Positions 20,778 through 30,546 of a stretch of DNA of 64,000 nt are shown here, one piece after another. Origin of the DNA: Candidatus Omnitrophota bacterium (GTDB lineage Bacteria > Omnitrophota > Gorgyraeia > Zapsychrales > JANLHA01); the NCBI GenBank assembly GCA_020632555.1, contig JACKFI010000001.1, positions 133,152 through 197,151 on the forward strand, read 5' to 3'. Made by a program: the position numbers and the translations under genes. Within the stretch, counting starts at the first letter, position 1. Every line of letters starts with the position of its first letter. The notes beneath the pieces are model-generated. The model made no database searches. It was given only the letters and a program-made list of their open reading frames with translations, and was not told where the DNA came from.

Positions 20778-21773
20778 TTAAATAAGATTGTTGACCTTTA
20801 GTAAACCACACAACTGTTTTAATGTAAATCGCTTATTAACTGCCAAATACGTCTGCTGTTTATTCGCTTTGTAATGATCTTTATGCTGACCAATGGTCTG
20901 ATAATTGTAAAATAAACTTGTCCGATAAATCAGTTGAAATATCTTTTCTGCGAATTGTGAATATGGGAATGATTGATTGTTCCTTTGATATAAGGGCGCC
21001 AATCCTAATGATATCTGTTCGAATCCTTCTTGTTTAAATTGAAACAAAGCATTGAGTATTAAAAAATCCTGGGATCCTAAAGGCGCTTTATCAGATACCC
21101 GAAGATGTTGAAGGGTGTAACTTAACACCTGACCTGTGTTCATTTTAGAAAAAATTGGATCAAAAGTGCAAAATCCAATGATATCTTTGTTTTTGACCAT
21201 ATAGAAATATCTAACCCCTGGCTCTTTGGTCCCATTAAAGGGCCGAGCCATAAACCGCAATTCTTTAGAACCCGGTTTTACTTTGAGCCATTGATCATTG
21301 ATGTCCCAGACTTTTTGAGCGTCAGCGTTATACTCAAAAACAAAATACTTTTGATTATTCAATTTTGAAAGATAACTCTTTAAACATTTTCTTTTTTTCC
21401 AAGACACCTCAAAATCTTGAGTATTGATCACATGCTCAACACCAAACCCATTGATTGTATAATTTAAACATTTTAATACTGTTGCATAGTCATAAGAAAT
21501 CTGACAATAAACAGCATTTTTGTGCTTTTGCTCAAACAAAACGGTTGCTTTTAACATTTCACTTTTGGGTGTTATCGGATCAGAAAGCACAAAATCAACA
21601 CCCCAAACAGATGTATAAGGAATAAAGCCTTGAAACGACGGATGACGAAATTCTCGAATGTCTTTCTGAAGAGCTGAATAAGACATGCTATTGGTACCGT
21701 ATTTCAAGATATTTTCAATCTTTATATGATTGTCAAAATTTACCAATGATTTATTTAAGGTTTGTCCGCTCAT
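20778..21773 (-). CDS. DUF2156-like protein (phosphatidylglycerol lysyltransferase C-terminal-domain family)
   Basis: 331 aa. Resembles the MprF C-terminal (acyltransferase-fold) domain (…FEQISLGLAPL…). No TM flippase domain. Confidence 0.5.
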   Translation of the reverse strand: MSGQTLNKSLVNFDNHIKIENILKYGTNSMSYSALQKDIREFRHPSFQGFIPYTSVWGVDFVLSDPITPKSEMLKATVLFEQKHKNAVYCQISYDYATVLKCLNYTINGFGVEHVINTQDFEVSWKKRKCLKSYLSKLNNQKYFVFEYNADAQKVWDINDQWLKVKPGSKELRFMARPFNGTKEPGVRYFYMVKNKDIIGFCTFDPIFSKMNTGQVLSYTLQHLRVSDKAPLGSQDFLILNALFQFKQEGFEQISLGLAPLYQRNNQSFPYSQFAEKIFQLIYRTSLFYNYQTIGQHKDHYKANKQQTYLAVNKRFTLKQLCGLLKVNNLI

Positions 21774-21945
21774 GATAAATTCCTCTCTGGTCTAGGCATA
21801 ATTGGGCCAAGGTCCCCCTACCAAAAAATAATTGGGTCCCATCTTTTCCTTATTGATTGTTCTCTTTGAAGGCTCTTGCTCAACAAAACAATCTTTGCAA
21901 TTTATACCGTGCAACTTTGCATAAATTGTTTGCGCTAATCTTTTT

Positions 21946-23214
21946 TTATCCAATAGTGTTTGTGCACACATGATTCATCTCCCTTTTTAGTTTATGTGTT
22001 CTTCCGTATTTCTTATGGGCTTGAGTAAAGTGTCCGGCCGCAATGGCAGCCGCAATTGAGATTTCTCCTGCCAGAACAGTGGCGGCACAAATTTCAGCAA
22101 ACTTTTTTGATTTATCTTTTCCATAACAATCCATCAGTTCTAAACATTCTTTCTGAGTGGGAAGATGCGTTCCTCCACCCACAGTGCCCACAATCAAATT
22201 GGGCAATGAAATGGAGATATAAAGATCCCCTTGTTTGGTTAACTCCGCCCTGGAGGTCCCTGTTGAGGACTCAGCAACACAAGCAGCATCTTGACCACAA
22301 GCAATAAAAAGAGCTGTCAAAGCATTGGAGAAATGCGCATTGACCCCAATAGAACCACTGTGAATGCCGCCGACCATAGCCATATTGCTATACTCAACAA
22401 ATTCTTCAGGCGTTGTATGCAAAAACTTTTTGACTAGCAATTTATTGATAGTAACTTCGGCCAACATATTTTTTCCTCTACCTGCATATTGAGATAGCCT
22501 AGTGGCCTTTTTATCTCCAGAAAGATTGGCATCGATATACCATTTATTGGGTTTAATGGGACTGAACTTTTCAATATAGTGACAAATCGCGTCGGTGGCG
22601 ATAGTCACCATATTCTGCCCAGCCGCATCCCCGCTAACAAACTTAAAGTTAATCCAAACATATTTACCGTCTATCTTAGAATCAAAATCTTCAAGGTGAC
22701 CATAACGGGTTGTTGTTGTAACGATATCTCTTAAAATAGTAAAATGCTCTGATACCCAAGCCACAAATTGCGCGGACTCAAAAATACTATTAAAAATAAA
22801 TCCAGGCGAGCGCGTTATCGTTTCGGAAATACACAAAACATTCGCTCCACCACTGAGTGTTATAATCTTTGCTCCTCTGTTATAGGAGGCCACCAAAGCC
22901 CCTTCAGTGGTCGCTAATGGGACGTGCCATGAGCCACCCGCATAAGCCCCATTGACTCTCAAGGGACCAATCAATCCAATTGGAATCTGAGCCATACCAT
23001 AAAAGTTCTCTATATTCCCATCAAAAATACTGGGATCTTGAATCTTCTTGATTCCAGCCAAATAAGGCCCAGCTGGCGGTTGCTGATTTTTCATAGGTTT
23101 TACCCCAATCCCGTGATTCTTAATGTTATTTTTTATTTGACCTAAAACTTCCGAATCAATGATTGTATTTAACCTCGTTTTCATTTGACTTTTTGATATA
23201 TACATTTCGCTCAC
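21946..23214 (-). CDS. hmgR: Hydroxymethylglutaryl-CoA reductase, class I
   Basis: 422 aa. ENFYGMAQIPIGLIGPL (ENxxGxxxxPxG), DAAGQNM (DAMGxN), GTVGGGT. Soluble catalytic domain only. Confidence 0.88.
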   Translation of the reverse strand: MSEMYISKSQMKTRLNTIIDSEVLGQIKNNIKNHGIGVKPMKNQQPPAGPYLAGIKKIQDPSIFDGNIENFYGMAQIPIGLIGPLRVNGAYAGGSWHVPLATTEGALVASYNRGAKIITLSGGANVLCISETITRSPGFIFNSIFESAQFVAWVSEHFTILRDIVTTTTRYGHLEDFDSKIDGKYVWINFKFVSGDAAGQNMVTIATDAICHYIEKFSPIKPNKWYIDANLSGDKKATRLSQYAGRGKNMLAEVTINKLLVKKFLHTTPEEFVEYSNMAMVGGIHSGSIGVNAHFSNALTALFIACGQDAACVAESSTGTSRAELTKQGDLYISISLPNLIVGTVGGGTHLPTQKECLELMDCYGKDKSKKFAEICAATVLAGEISIAAAIAAGHFTQAHKKYGRTHKLKREMNHVCTNTIG

Positions 23215-23847
23215 CTACCTTTCCACTCGCATGGCGAGTTGCTCTTGACGAAAGTTCTGGTCATTTTTTAACCCTAGGATTTGATTTTTTAAATTCTGAT
23301 CAAATGGTTTTTCCCCAATCCATACCGAAAATAAAGCCTTGGCAAAATCATTGCCTTGAATAACTCCGGTGAGTTGATCATTATGAGCAAACTTTGTACC
23401 AACTCCGGGAATATACGTTAATGAAAATCTATCGCCGGGTTTTAAATCAACAAAATATTGGCCCATTAAATCAACTTCTGCGGCAATGCTGTTGAATTGC
23501 TCATTGGTTATATTTTCTTTCATCGTATCAATTGTAAAATTGTTGAGTTTTTTGCCAGGGATTTTAACGAAATACTCAACTTCAATTCTTTTTGCTGTCT
23601 GGCCGAGAACAATTTCTTGATCAATCGCATCTGTATAAAAACCAGCAACAAAGGCCTTAAAAAAGACCACGGTCTTTAAACCTGTTCCTTGAAGAGTCAT
23701 GCTAATGCCTTCGTCTTGATAAGTCTCTTCAAAATTAACGCCAACAATCTGTGCCGCATTGGCATTGAATGAAATAAAAATGCTGCACAAAAAAGTTGTG
23801 ACAAAAATATTAATTTTCTTCATTTGACCTCCCCTGACTATTGGCAC
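23215..23847 (-). CDS. Chalcone-isomerase-like (fatty-acid-binding-type) secreted protein
   Basis: Signal peptide, then GVNFEE...LQGTGLKTVVFFKAFVAGFYTD, matching the bacterial CHI-like family. Confidence 0.6.
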   Translation of the reverse strand: MPIVRGGQMKKINIFVTTFLCSIFISFNANAAQIVGVNFEETYQDEGISMTLQGTGLKTVVFFKAFVAGFYTDAIDQEIVLGQTAKRIEVEYFVKIPGKKLNNFTIDTMKENITNEQFNSIAAEVDLMGQYFVDLKPGDRFSLTYIPGVGTKFAHNDQLTGVIQGNDFAKALFSVWIGEKPFDQNLKNQILGLKNDQNFRQEQLAMRVER

Positions 23848-24361
23848 TGTTTAAGATGGATGAAGTCGTATAATTAAAAGCAACTCCTAAATAACCCATG
23901 CTCTTGGACTGCATAGAACCTTTGAAATAATTTTGGCTTTGTTGATACTCTAGCTGGTCGGGGAAAAACATAGCCGCGATATATTGACAGCTTATGGTAA
24001 ATTTTCTTTTTGGAGAGACCAGAACACTAAAATATCTATCCGTCAAATCCGGCACTATCCGACTTTCCTCAATATCCCAAAAAAGGAAATTATTAACCAT
24101 CACGGGAAAGTCATTGGGATTAAATATCGTTATTAATATGTCGTGGCGTGTTCTCAGTTCACCATGCTGATCTGTAGTTCCACAAATAAAATCAGCCCGA
24201 TTCTCATACTCAATAGGATCTTGAATATATGCTTGGACGCTGACAACAGTGCTGGCCGCAATGATTGCAGCAAAAAGTAGAATTTTGATAAGTTGATTGA
24301 TTTTGACTGTCATTGCTCTGCTCTCCTTTATGTTGCTAGAATAGCAGGCTCCAAAAAACAA
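23810..24361 (-). CDS. Hypothetical secreted protein
   Basis: 183 aa. N-terminal signal/TM, no recognised domain. Confidence 0.35.
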   Translation of the reverse strand: MFFGACYSSNIKESRAMTVKINQLIKILLFAAIIAASTVVSVQAYIQDPIEYENRADFICGTTDQHGELRTRHDILITIFNPNDFPVMVNNFLFWDIEESRIVPDLTDRYFSVLVSPKRKFTISCQYIAAMFFPDQLEYQQSQNYFKGSMQSKSMGYLGVAFNYTTSSILNSANSQGRSNEEN

Positions 24362-24431
24362 TCAACGCCGCATGATACACTACATAACATGTATATAAAA
24401 GTAAGTGTTTAGTATATTTCTTGAAATCTTC

Positions 24432-25325
24432 TTAAAGCGTTTGAAGATAAGTGGTTAGGTTAACATCCTTGTTTGTTATACCTAATTTATTGCGGATTCT
24501 GTTCCGATGAGTCTCTACAGTCTTGGAAGAAATGTTTAACATTTCTACAATTTCTTTGCTGCTAACTCCGTTTTTAATGAGATTGGCGATCTCGACTTCA
24601 CGTGGGGATAATTTCAACTGCTGCTCAGAAACCTTAATGCCAAAAGTTGAAGTTAAGTCTTTCAAGTTCTTCTCTAAAATGTCAATATACTTTTTGTCTA
24701 AGCGGGTTCCTTTTCGCTTGATTTTCTTTAAAGCGGGAATCAAAACTTCCTCGACATTCATCACAACCCCTTCTTTGATTCTTTTTTTCTCTAATTCTAT
24801 TTGCTCCAAAATCTCCTTCAATGCCCCATTTTTTTGCTCGATAGCTTGCTCTGATTTCTTGCGATCGGTTATGTCATGCTGAATAGCGATATAATGAGTC
24901 AAATTCCCCGATTCATCCTTGATGGGCTCAATATGCCACTCATTCCAAAACTCGGAACCATCTTTGCGATAGTTAATGGCTTGCCCATAAAACACTTCTC
25001 CGGCTTCTAATGCTGCTCTAAGCCTGCGGGTAACAGATTGATCTGTCTTTGGCCCTTGTAGGATGCGAGGCGTCTTTCCCAGCACGTCCTCGGGCAAATA
25101 GCCGGTCATCCTTGTAAAACCCGGATTCACATAAAGAATTTTAGGGCCGGGCGGATCCAAATCTTTTGTTGTGACAATAATCGAATCTTGAGTAAAGTGA
25201 ACCACAGAGGCCAGAAGCTTTTCATCTGCTTGATATTTTGAATTGTATTGACTCATGCTTGTGAAATTTCCTAAAGTTTTAATCACTTTTCCCCTAATTC
25301 TACGTTGACTTGTGCAACATGACAA
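24432..25325 (-). CDS. PAS-domain / LuxR-type HTH transcriptional regulator
   Basis: N-terminal PAS (…YVNPGFTRMTGYLPEDVLG…). C-terminal LuxR/FixJ HTH (LSPREVEIANLIKNGVSSKEIVEMLNISSKTVETHRNRIRNKLG). Confidence 0.8.
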   Translation of the reverse strand: MSCCTSQRRIRGKVIKTLGNFTSMSQYNSKYQADEKLLASVVHFTQDSIIVTTKDLDPPGPKILYVNPGFTRMTGYLPEDVLGKTPRILQGPKTDQSVTRRLRAALEAGEVFYGQAINYRKDGSEFWNEWHIEPIKDESGNLTHYIAIQHDITDRKKSEQAIEQKNGALKEILEQIELEKKRIKEGVVMNVEEVLIPALKKIKRKGTRLDKKYIDILEKNLKDLTSTFGIKVSEQQLKLSPREVEIANLIKNGVSSKEIVEMLNISSKTVETHRNRIRNKLGITNKDVNLTTYLQTL

Positions 25326-25497
25326 GTGAATTTACGAGCCTGAAAACATCCCTTGATCATTCTTTTCTCATGACTATTAATAGTGGTTTTATTGTCAAAA
25401 GGCGGGATAGAACTATCTTCGATAGGTTCAGGTTATGAAAGGTCTAGCCTGATTCCCAACCTGTTTAATAACAATATGTTGCGTGATGGTCAAAAAA

Positions 25498-25515
25498 ATG
25501 TGCCAGATTTGTGCC
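25498..25515 (-). promoter_or_regulatory. Repeated 18-bp motif copy 1 (minus strand reads GGCACAAATCTGGCACAT; sigma54-like -24/-12 spacing), ~173 bp upstream of the PAS-LuxR gene
   Basis: Identical core at 29995-30012 and 35935-35952. The motif extends to ~37 bp of similarity with copy 2. The GG and GC dinucleotides are 12 nt apart as in TGGCAC-N5-TTGC. Confidence 0.4.
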
Positions 25516-25556
25516 TATCCTAAAGAGCTACTTTTTTTGATGATAAGCCGACCTGA

Positions 25557-26690
25557 TTAAGTGTCCTTCAATGCGTAACTTGTGCTGCGCCCACCCGCGG
25601 TTTCTTTTACTAAAATACCCTTTTCAACAAGATCGAGAATATCGCGCAACGCCGTGTCCTGTGAACACTGGGTGATCTTCGCCCATTTAGAAGAAGTGAG
25701 CTTGCCTTCAAAACCATCAAACAACTTATTGATGATCATCTTCTGCCTCTCGTTAAGGGATTGGGCAGGATGAGATTCCCAAAAACGCGCTTTCTTAAAT
25801 ACACCCGACAAAGTATTTTCAGTTGCATCCAACGCCCGACCCAAACAGCTCAGGAACCACACAAGCCATGGCGTAATATCAATGCCGTCTTTTGTGGCAC
25901 GGTTACTTTTCTGTGTTTTTTCAAGAATATCATAATAGGCATTCCGTTCCTGCCGGATCTGATTCGACATGCTGTAAAAACGCTCCCGGCTGCCGTCGGC
26001 ACGTGCCAGTTGCATATCGGCAATAGCCCGGGCAATTCTTCCGTTACCATCATCAAAAGGATGAAGTGTCACAAACCACAAATGCCCAATACCAGCTTTG
26101 AGCACAGGATCTAAATCCTTTGTGAGCGAAATCGAAGTGTTAAACCATTTCAGAAATTCCTTCATTTCACTTTTAAGACGGTTGGCCTGCGGTGCTTTAT
26201 AATGAACCTTCTCCCGGCCGATAGGACCAGACACAACTCTCATGGGACCATGCTTATCGTCGCGCCAATCAGCCACTGTAATTTTATGCATTCCGCTTCT
26301 ACCGGTTGGGAATAAACTGGCATGCCAGCCAAACATTCGATCCTGCGTAAGGGGCTTGTCAAATTTCTGTGTGGCATCGAGCATCATTTCCACCACTCCA
26401 TCCACATGACGATCAGAAGGCACAAGTCCACCGATGTCCATGCCCAGCCTGCGTGCAATGGATGACCGCACTTTGGCAGGGTCAAGAATCTCACCTTCAA
26501 TTTCACTACTTTTTAAAACATCAAGGGTGAGAGTCTGCAGGATTGCCTCGGAACGCAAAGAAAAACCCAATGCTTCCATTCTTCCAATCAGTCGCCCTTG
26601 GCGATTGCGGACAGTCCCCAAGATAGACGCGACCTTTTCGTGATCCCATGTCAATTTAGGCCAAATGGTTAATTCATGAATGTATTTCAT
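25557..26690 (-). CDS. fic: Fic-family protein (AMPylase/phosphocholine-transferase-type, Fic/DOC)
   Basis: Canonical Fic motif HPFDDGNGRIARA. C-terminal winged-helix-like segment. Confidence 0.88.
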   Translation of the reverse strand: MKYIHELTIWPKLTWDHEKVASILGTVRNRQGRLIGRMEALGFSLRSEAILQTLTLDVLKSSEIEGEILDPAKVRSSIARRLGMDIGGLVPSDRHVDGVVEMMLDATQKFDKPLTQDRMFGWHASLFPTGRSGMHKITVADWRDDKHGPMRVVSGPIGREKVHYKAPQANRLKSEMKEFLKWFNTSISLTKDLDPVLKAGIGHLWFVTLHPFDDGNGRIARAIADMQLARADGSRERFYSMSNQIRQERNAYYDILEKTQKSNRATKDGIDITPWLVWFLSCLGRALDATENTLSGVFKKARFWESHPAQSLNERQKMIINKLFDGFEGKLTSSKWAKITQCSQDTALRDILDLVEKGILVKETAGGRSTSYALKDT

Positions 26691-26720
26691 GGCAAATTCC
26701 TGCGGTGAATAGTCTCATTA

Positions 26721-26765
26721 TTCTACGCATACTATGCGGAGAATATACCATGTTTTCTCCGCATA
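26721..26765. promoter_or_regulatory. Three-half-site operator-like element upstream of fic: TTCTACGCATA-c-TATGCGGAGAA-(11 nt)-TTCTCCGCATA
   Basis: 26733-26743 and 26755-26765 are a perfect 11-bp inverted repeat. 26721-26731 is a 10/11 direct copy of the right arm. Located 31-75 bp upstream of the fic ATG. Confidence 0.5.
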
Positions 26766-26877
26766 CACAAGAGAGATTTAAATCTATATTGCTCCCTACT
26801 AAAAGAAAGCGTCATTGGATATAACGGCTATGTCCAATCATATCCAATTATTGAATCTTTCCATGAGATTTGAAACG

Positions 26878-26895
26878 ATGTGCCGGATTCCTGCC
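26878..26895 (-). promoter_or_regulatory. Degenerate 4th copy of the repeated 18-bp motif (ATGTGCCGGATTCCTGCC, 15/18), ~190 bp upstream of fic, fused to hairpin CCTGCC-TACC-GGCAGG
   Basis: Read directly from the sequence. Same orientation as the other copies. The hairpin core CCTGCCTACCGGCAGGCA recurs at 38564-38581. Confidence 0.3.
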
Positions 26896-26918
26896 TACCG
26901 GCAGGCAGGTGTGCCAAG

Positions 26919-27866
26919 TTATAATCGATCTGAATATTGTGAGATTGTACTTAAAATTTCATCAAACGATATTTGCCCCTGATAATACAATGTTGCAGTT
27001 TTTAGGCACTCCTTCTTAAATTGATCTCTTATCTTCGTATCTTTCAGCAAAAAAGCCTCCTGCTTTGCAATAGGAAACTTTTGATCTGCGACGGGAAATC
27101 TCTTCTTCTTATGCTCGTTGTATTCTGAAGTCCCGATAAACTTCTGAACCGTATCGTTTTGCAAAAGGCAAGCAACATCGTAATAATGCCGGATAAAATT
27201 AGCAGGCATCTTTCCGGACTCTTGCAGTTTCCGAAACTTTGTTGCGATTGTTTGCAATTTCTCAACAAACGTATAACCCAGATGATAGCACAAAACACCA
27301 CCAGCTCTATTATCCTTAACCTTGAGTCCATTCTGCAATGCAAAATCAAGCGCCCAAGAGCTAATATCCATCGGGCTGTTGGGCGTCACCTCATCAAACC
27401 CAACTTCGAGCAATACACCCTCTTTTATGCCGCCGGCAACAGAGAAAGCACTTTTGTAAAAAAGCCGTATTCCACCGCTAAAGAATTTTTCATTATCAAA
27501 TTCCGTGTCACGAATAATTCTTTGTATCCCATCAATATTAATTTTCTTCGCCAACCAGTCATAGTATTTCTTACGGCTTGCACAATGATCTGGTTTTATA
27601 TGGTTTGGACCTGTCTTGACTTCCATGCCGGCAGGCGGTTCGATACGAATATCAATGTCCTCAGAAAATCGATGAATAATGCCATACCCTTTTGAGAGCG
27701 ACGTACCTCCTTTGAGCTCGAAGGTAAATCCCCCTTGTTGCAAACCATATAAAACATGCATGATCCAATAATCTTTTTCAACCAGACTACGCTCTATCTT
27801 TTTTTCATGCTCTACAGCTCGCAAGAGTTCTTTAAATTCAGCGTGGTTATGTAAATAATCAGACAT
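26919..27866 (-). CDS. AbiEii/AbiGii-family nucleotidyltransferase toxin (type IV TA / abortive infection)
   Basis: 315 aa, DUF1814-type nucleotidyltransferase (…GGTSLSKGYGIIHRFSEDIDI…). Overlaps the upstream partner by 8 nt. Confidence 0.8.
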   Translation of the reverse strand: MSDYLHNHAEFKELLRAVEHEKKIERSLVEKDYWIMHVLYGLQQGGFTFELKGGTSLSKGYGIIHRFSEDIDIRIEPPAGMEVKTGPNHIKPDHCASRKKYYDWLAKKINIDGIQRIIRDTEFDNEKFFSGGIRLFYKSAFSVAGGIKEGVLLEVGFDEVTPNSPMDISSWALDFALQNGLKVKDNRAGGVLCYHLGYTFVEKLQTIATKFRKLQESGKMPANFIRHYYDVACLLQNDTVQKFIGTSEYNEHKKKRFPVADQKFPIAKQEAFLLKDTKIRDQFKKECLKTATLYYQGQISFDEILSTISQYSDRL

Positions 27867-28452
27867 GTGCTAAGTTTCCCTCTAACATCCATTGATTAAA
27901 TAAAGTTTTTGTTCTTTCTCCTGCATAAACATTGACCGCGCGCTTCATCTGAGATTCTGGTTCTTTCAGCACTTTTTCCTTAACACTTCGCAAAACACTT
28001 TCCCGATCTTCCGCTAACTCATTTAAATTGTTCAGTAAATCAACCAGTAGAAATTCTTCGGACAATTCTCTGGGGAATTTATGCTTTAATCGAAAATCAA
28101 ACTCCTTTCCACCAAGAACGAATTGACCATGCCGTTTATGATTATAAACAAAGCGCGTATTGTACAACTGCGTAGTTCCCACTCCTAAAGAATTGTAAAG
28201 GTTAGGCGAGGTTAAAAGAAAATCATCGCTTTTTAAGAAGGCCCGTACCAATTTTTCGTCTTCCGGTGGCACAGAGCCAAACGAGGCTTTTGCAGGATAA
28301 TAGTACAATCCCTGTGACATTTTTTGCAAGGTCCCCTCATCAACCAGTTGCTTTAAATGCCGATCAACCGCGGTTGACCATTGCTCCAGATCAACCCTGC
28401 GATAAACCTGTCCCGGTTTTAAATGCCTTTTAAGTTCGCTAAGCGCGTCCAC
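27859..28452 (-). CDS. AbiEi-family antitoxin / transcriptional regulator
   Basis: 197 aa. N-terminal wHTH-like region. Position and size are typical of AbiEi partners of AbiEii. Confidence 0.65.
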   Translation of the reverse strand: MDALSELKRHLKPGQVYRRVDLEQWSTAVDRHLKQLVDEGTLQKMSQGLYYYPAKASFGSVPPEDEKLVRAFLKSDDFLLTSPNLYNSLGVGTTQLYNTRFVYNHKRHGQFVLGGKEFDFRLKHKFPRELSEEFLLVDLLNNLNELAEDRESVLRSVKEKVLKEPESQMKRAVNVYAGERTKTLFNQWMLEGNLAHV

Positions 28453-28568
28453 GTCTTCTGCCTCCTACTTACCTCAAGTATAAAGAGTTTTCTCTAAGAA
28501 TGCAACAATATTAATTTAAAATTCATGCAAATAAAGTGGAAGGACGCACCCAAGATGCTGATATAAAT

Positions 28569-29918
28569 CTAATTGTGATGATTAGCCATCATCCAATCAA
28601 GCACCCCTTTAACACGACGCCAGACAGTAGCCATCTCATGGGCATAATACCGAGCCTCATCCTCTCCGCCCATAGATAAATAATCAGGAATCGCCTTCAA
28701 ACGGAAACCTTTGACAAGATAATTAGGAATAAATTTATTTGTTTTAAAAGCGCGCGCCATCATTTCCCTTGATTGCAACGAATCACCTTCTTTAATAAAC
28801 CACACCAACGCCCTCGTGTAGCACCATGGCGCGGAGCAATCATTCGCATACGGCCCATCCTCCATGAATTGTTCAAGTTCCGCAAATTTCGATCTCTTTG
28901 CCAGATAGCCTGCAAGAACATAGCGCATTCCCTGATTGTCATTCTCATTCAAACACAGCATATCGCGACACACCTCAATCGCTTCGGCATGCTTACCAAG
29001 CTCCCATAAAATTTCCTGAAGTCCAGCCAAAGCGCGCATATACGGCCTTGATTCCAGCAAAGCCCAAAATTGTCCGGCATTCTCTATAAAAAATTTTTGC
29101 CCTAATGCTTCTTTGCCAACCCTAACCCCTTGTAAAAAGTAGGTTGCGGCTTCGTCAAGATACTCTGCTGAATCACCTAAAACAACGTAGGCATCCGTGC
29201 AATTCGGATCAAGATTTAAAGCTTTTTGAGCCAAACCAACACGCTCATCAGAATCAGCCCGCTCCCATGCTTCATAAATCAACTCTTGAGCGATACGTGC
29301 AGGCGACGCATCTGCGAGCTCAGAGGCGGCTTCACCCAATTCTCTTCTTAAGTAAGTCTTCAAATCTTCCTCTTTTGGAATACCCCAAAGAATATTTCTA
29401 AGATCTGGTGGGACCTTGTAACCGTAAAGTGCCGAAAACGTCTCGATCGGAAACCCGTATTTCAGCGCTCCCATGGGCATGCCATTCAATTGAGCGGCTA
29501 CGACGGCCGCAGGATCCTCGTCCTTCTTAGCTTTACTCAGCCACCAGCGGGAATTTAAGACCATCTGGTTCATGGAGGCAAGCACACTGCGATCATTGGC
29601 TTTATCGACGACAATCTCGTCACAGCCTTGCAAAACTTTCTGCATCATTTCACTTGGACAATGCGTATGAAACATAGCACGCGAAAGCCCTTTGTAAAAA
29701 AGTTCACGAAGGTTTTTGAGATCCTTTTTCTTCACTCCCGCGACAAGGAAAGAAAACAGCGTCGATCGATGAGTAAAAAGCAGCTGCTTCTTGTGCTCAT
29801 GATAAAATAAATTCACGAACCATTCTGAAACAGATGGACTATCAGTGTTCAAAGATAAAGACTGAGGCTTGATACCGCTAAACAATAAAAACTTTTGTGT
29901 CCCACGTAAAAGAATCAT
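28569..29918 (-). CDS. Hypothetical protein with C-terminal TPR-like helical repeats
   Basis: 449 aa. No catalytic motif recognised. Preceded at -77 by motif copy 2. Confidence 0.4.
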   Translation of the reverse strand: MILLRGTQKFLLFSGIKPQSLSLNTDSPSVSEWFVNLFYHEHKKQLLFTHRSTLFSFLVAGVKKKDLKNLRELFYKGLSRAMFHTHCPSEMMQKVLQGCDEIVVDKANDRSVLASMNQMVLNSRWWLSKAKKDEDPAAVVAAQLNGMPMGALKYGFPIETFSALYGYKVPPDLRNILWGIPKEEDLKTYLRRELGEAASELADASPARIAQELIYEAWERADSDERVGLAQKALNLDPNCTDAYVVLGDSAEYLDEAATYFLQGVRVGKEALGQKFFIENAGQFWALLESRPYMRALAGLQEILWELGKHAEAIEVCRDMLCLNENDNQGMRYVLAGYLAKRSKFAELEQFMEDGPYANDCSAPWCYTRALVWFIKEGDSLQSREMMARAFKTNKFIPNYLVKGFRLKAIPDYLSMGGEDEARYYAHEMATVWRRVKGVLDWMMANHHN

Positions 29919-29994
29919 TTTTTAATAACCTAACGTTGTTAAATCACCTACAAGCGCCCTCGTTTTGTCATACACTGCGTAATGGTCAATAAAA

Positions 29995-30012
29995 ATGTGC
30001 CAGATTTGTGCC
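29995..30012 (-). promoter_or_regulatory. Repeated 18-bp motif copy 2 (GGCACAAATCTGGCACAT on the minus strand), 77 bp upstream of the 449-aa TPR protein gene
   Basis: 37-bp stretch 29975-30012 matches 25479-25515 with 2 mismatches. Confidence 0.4.
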
Positions 30013-30017
30013 ACATG

Positions 30018-30443
30018 CTATATGAGTTTTTCCATTTTTTCTATAGCAGCATAGTAAATACTCAAAAACTTATCTTTTATTGTAAAAAGCTCGTCCATCA
30101 TTTTTTCAGAATGGGACTTATTCTCATATTCAAAAGGATAAAACCGAATACCCTTTTTATAAAATCCGCCTTCATAATTAATTTGAAAAAAATAATCTCG
30201 GTCAACAAGAGATCGATGCTTACTCAAGTTACAAAAACTCCTCACGTAGCCAAACTCATCTGAGTCAATCCATTCTCCTATAGCATTCTCTAAATCCGGA
30301 GCGATACCTTTCAATTGTTTACTCACTTTATAAATTGTAACTTTGCTTCGGGGCAGCGTAGAAGATAGGATTACCATATTGATTACCTGTGCGCAAATAT
30401 CAGGAGCCAAAGAGAATATTTCCAAACGTGCCATATTCAGCAC
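30018..30443 (-). CDS. Hypothetical protein
   Basis: 141 aa, no recognisable domain. Alternative Met start 3 codons in (MARLEIF). Confidence 0.35.
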   Translation of the reverse strand: MLNMARLEIFSLAPDICAQVINMVILSSTLPRSKVTIYKVSKQLKGIAPDLENAIGEWIDSDEFGYVRSFCNLSKHRSLVDRDYFFQINYEGGFYKKGIRFYPFEYENKSHSEKMMDELFTIKDKFLSIYYAAIEKMEKLI

Positions 30444-30546
30444 AAACCTGCCGAAGGACGAGCAAGTCCGCCAGAAGCAAATGAACCCGACACTCCTGGA
30501 AATGTTCTCTTTTACTCTCTTTTGAGTTTCTTTAGAATTTTATTTT

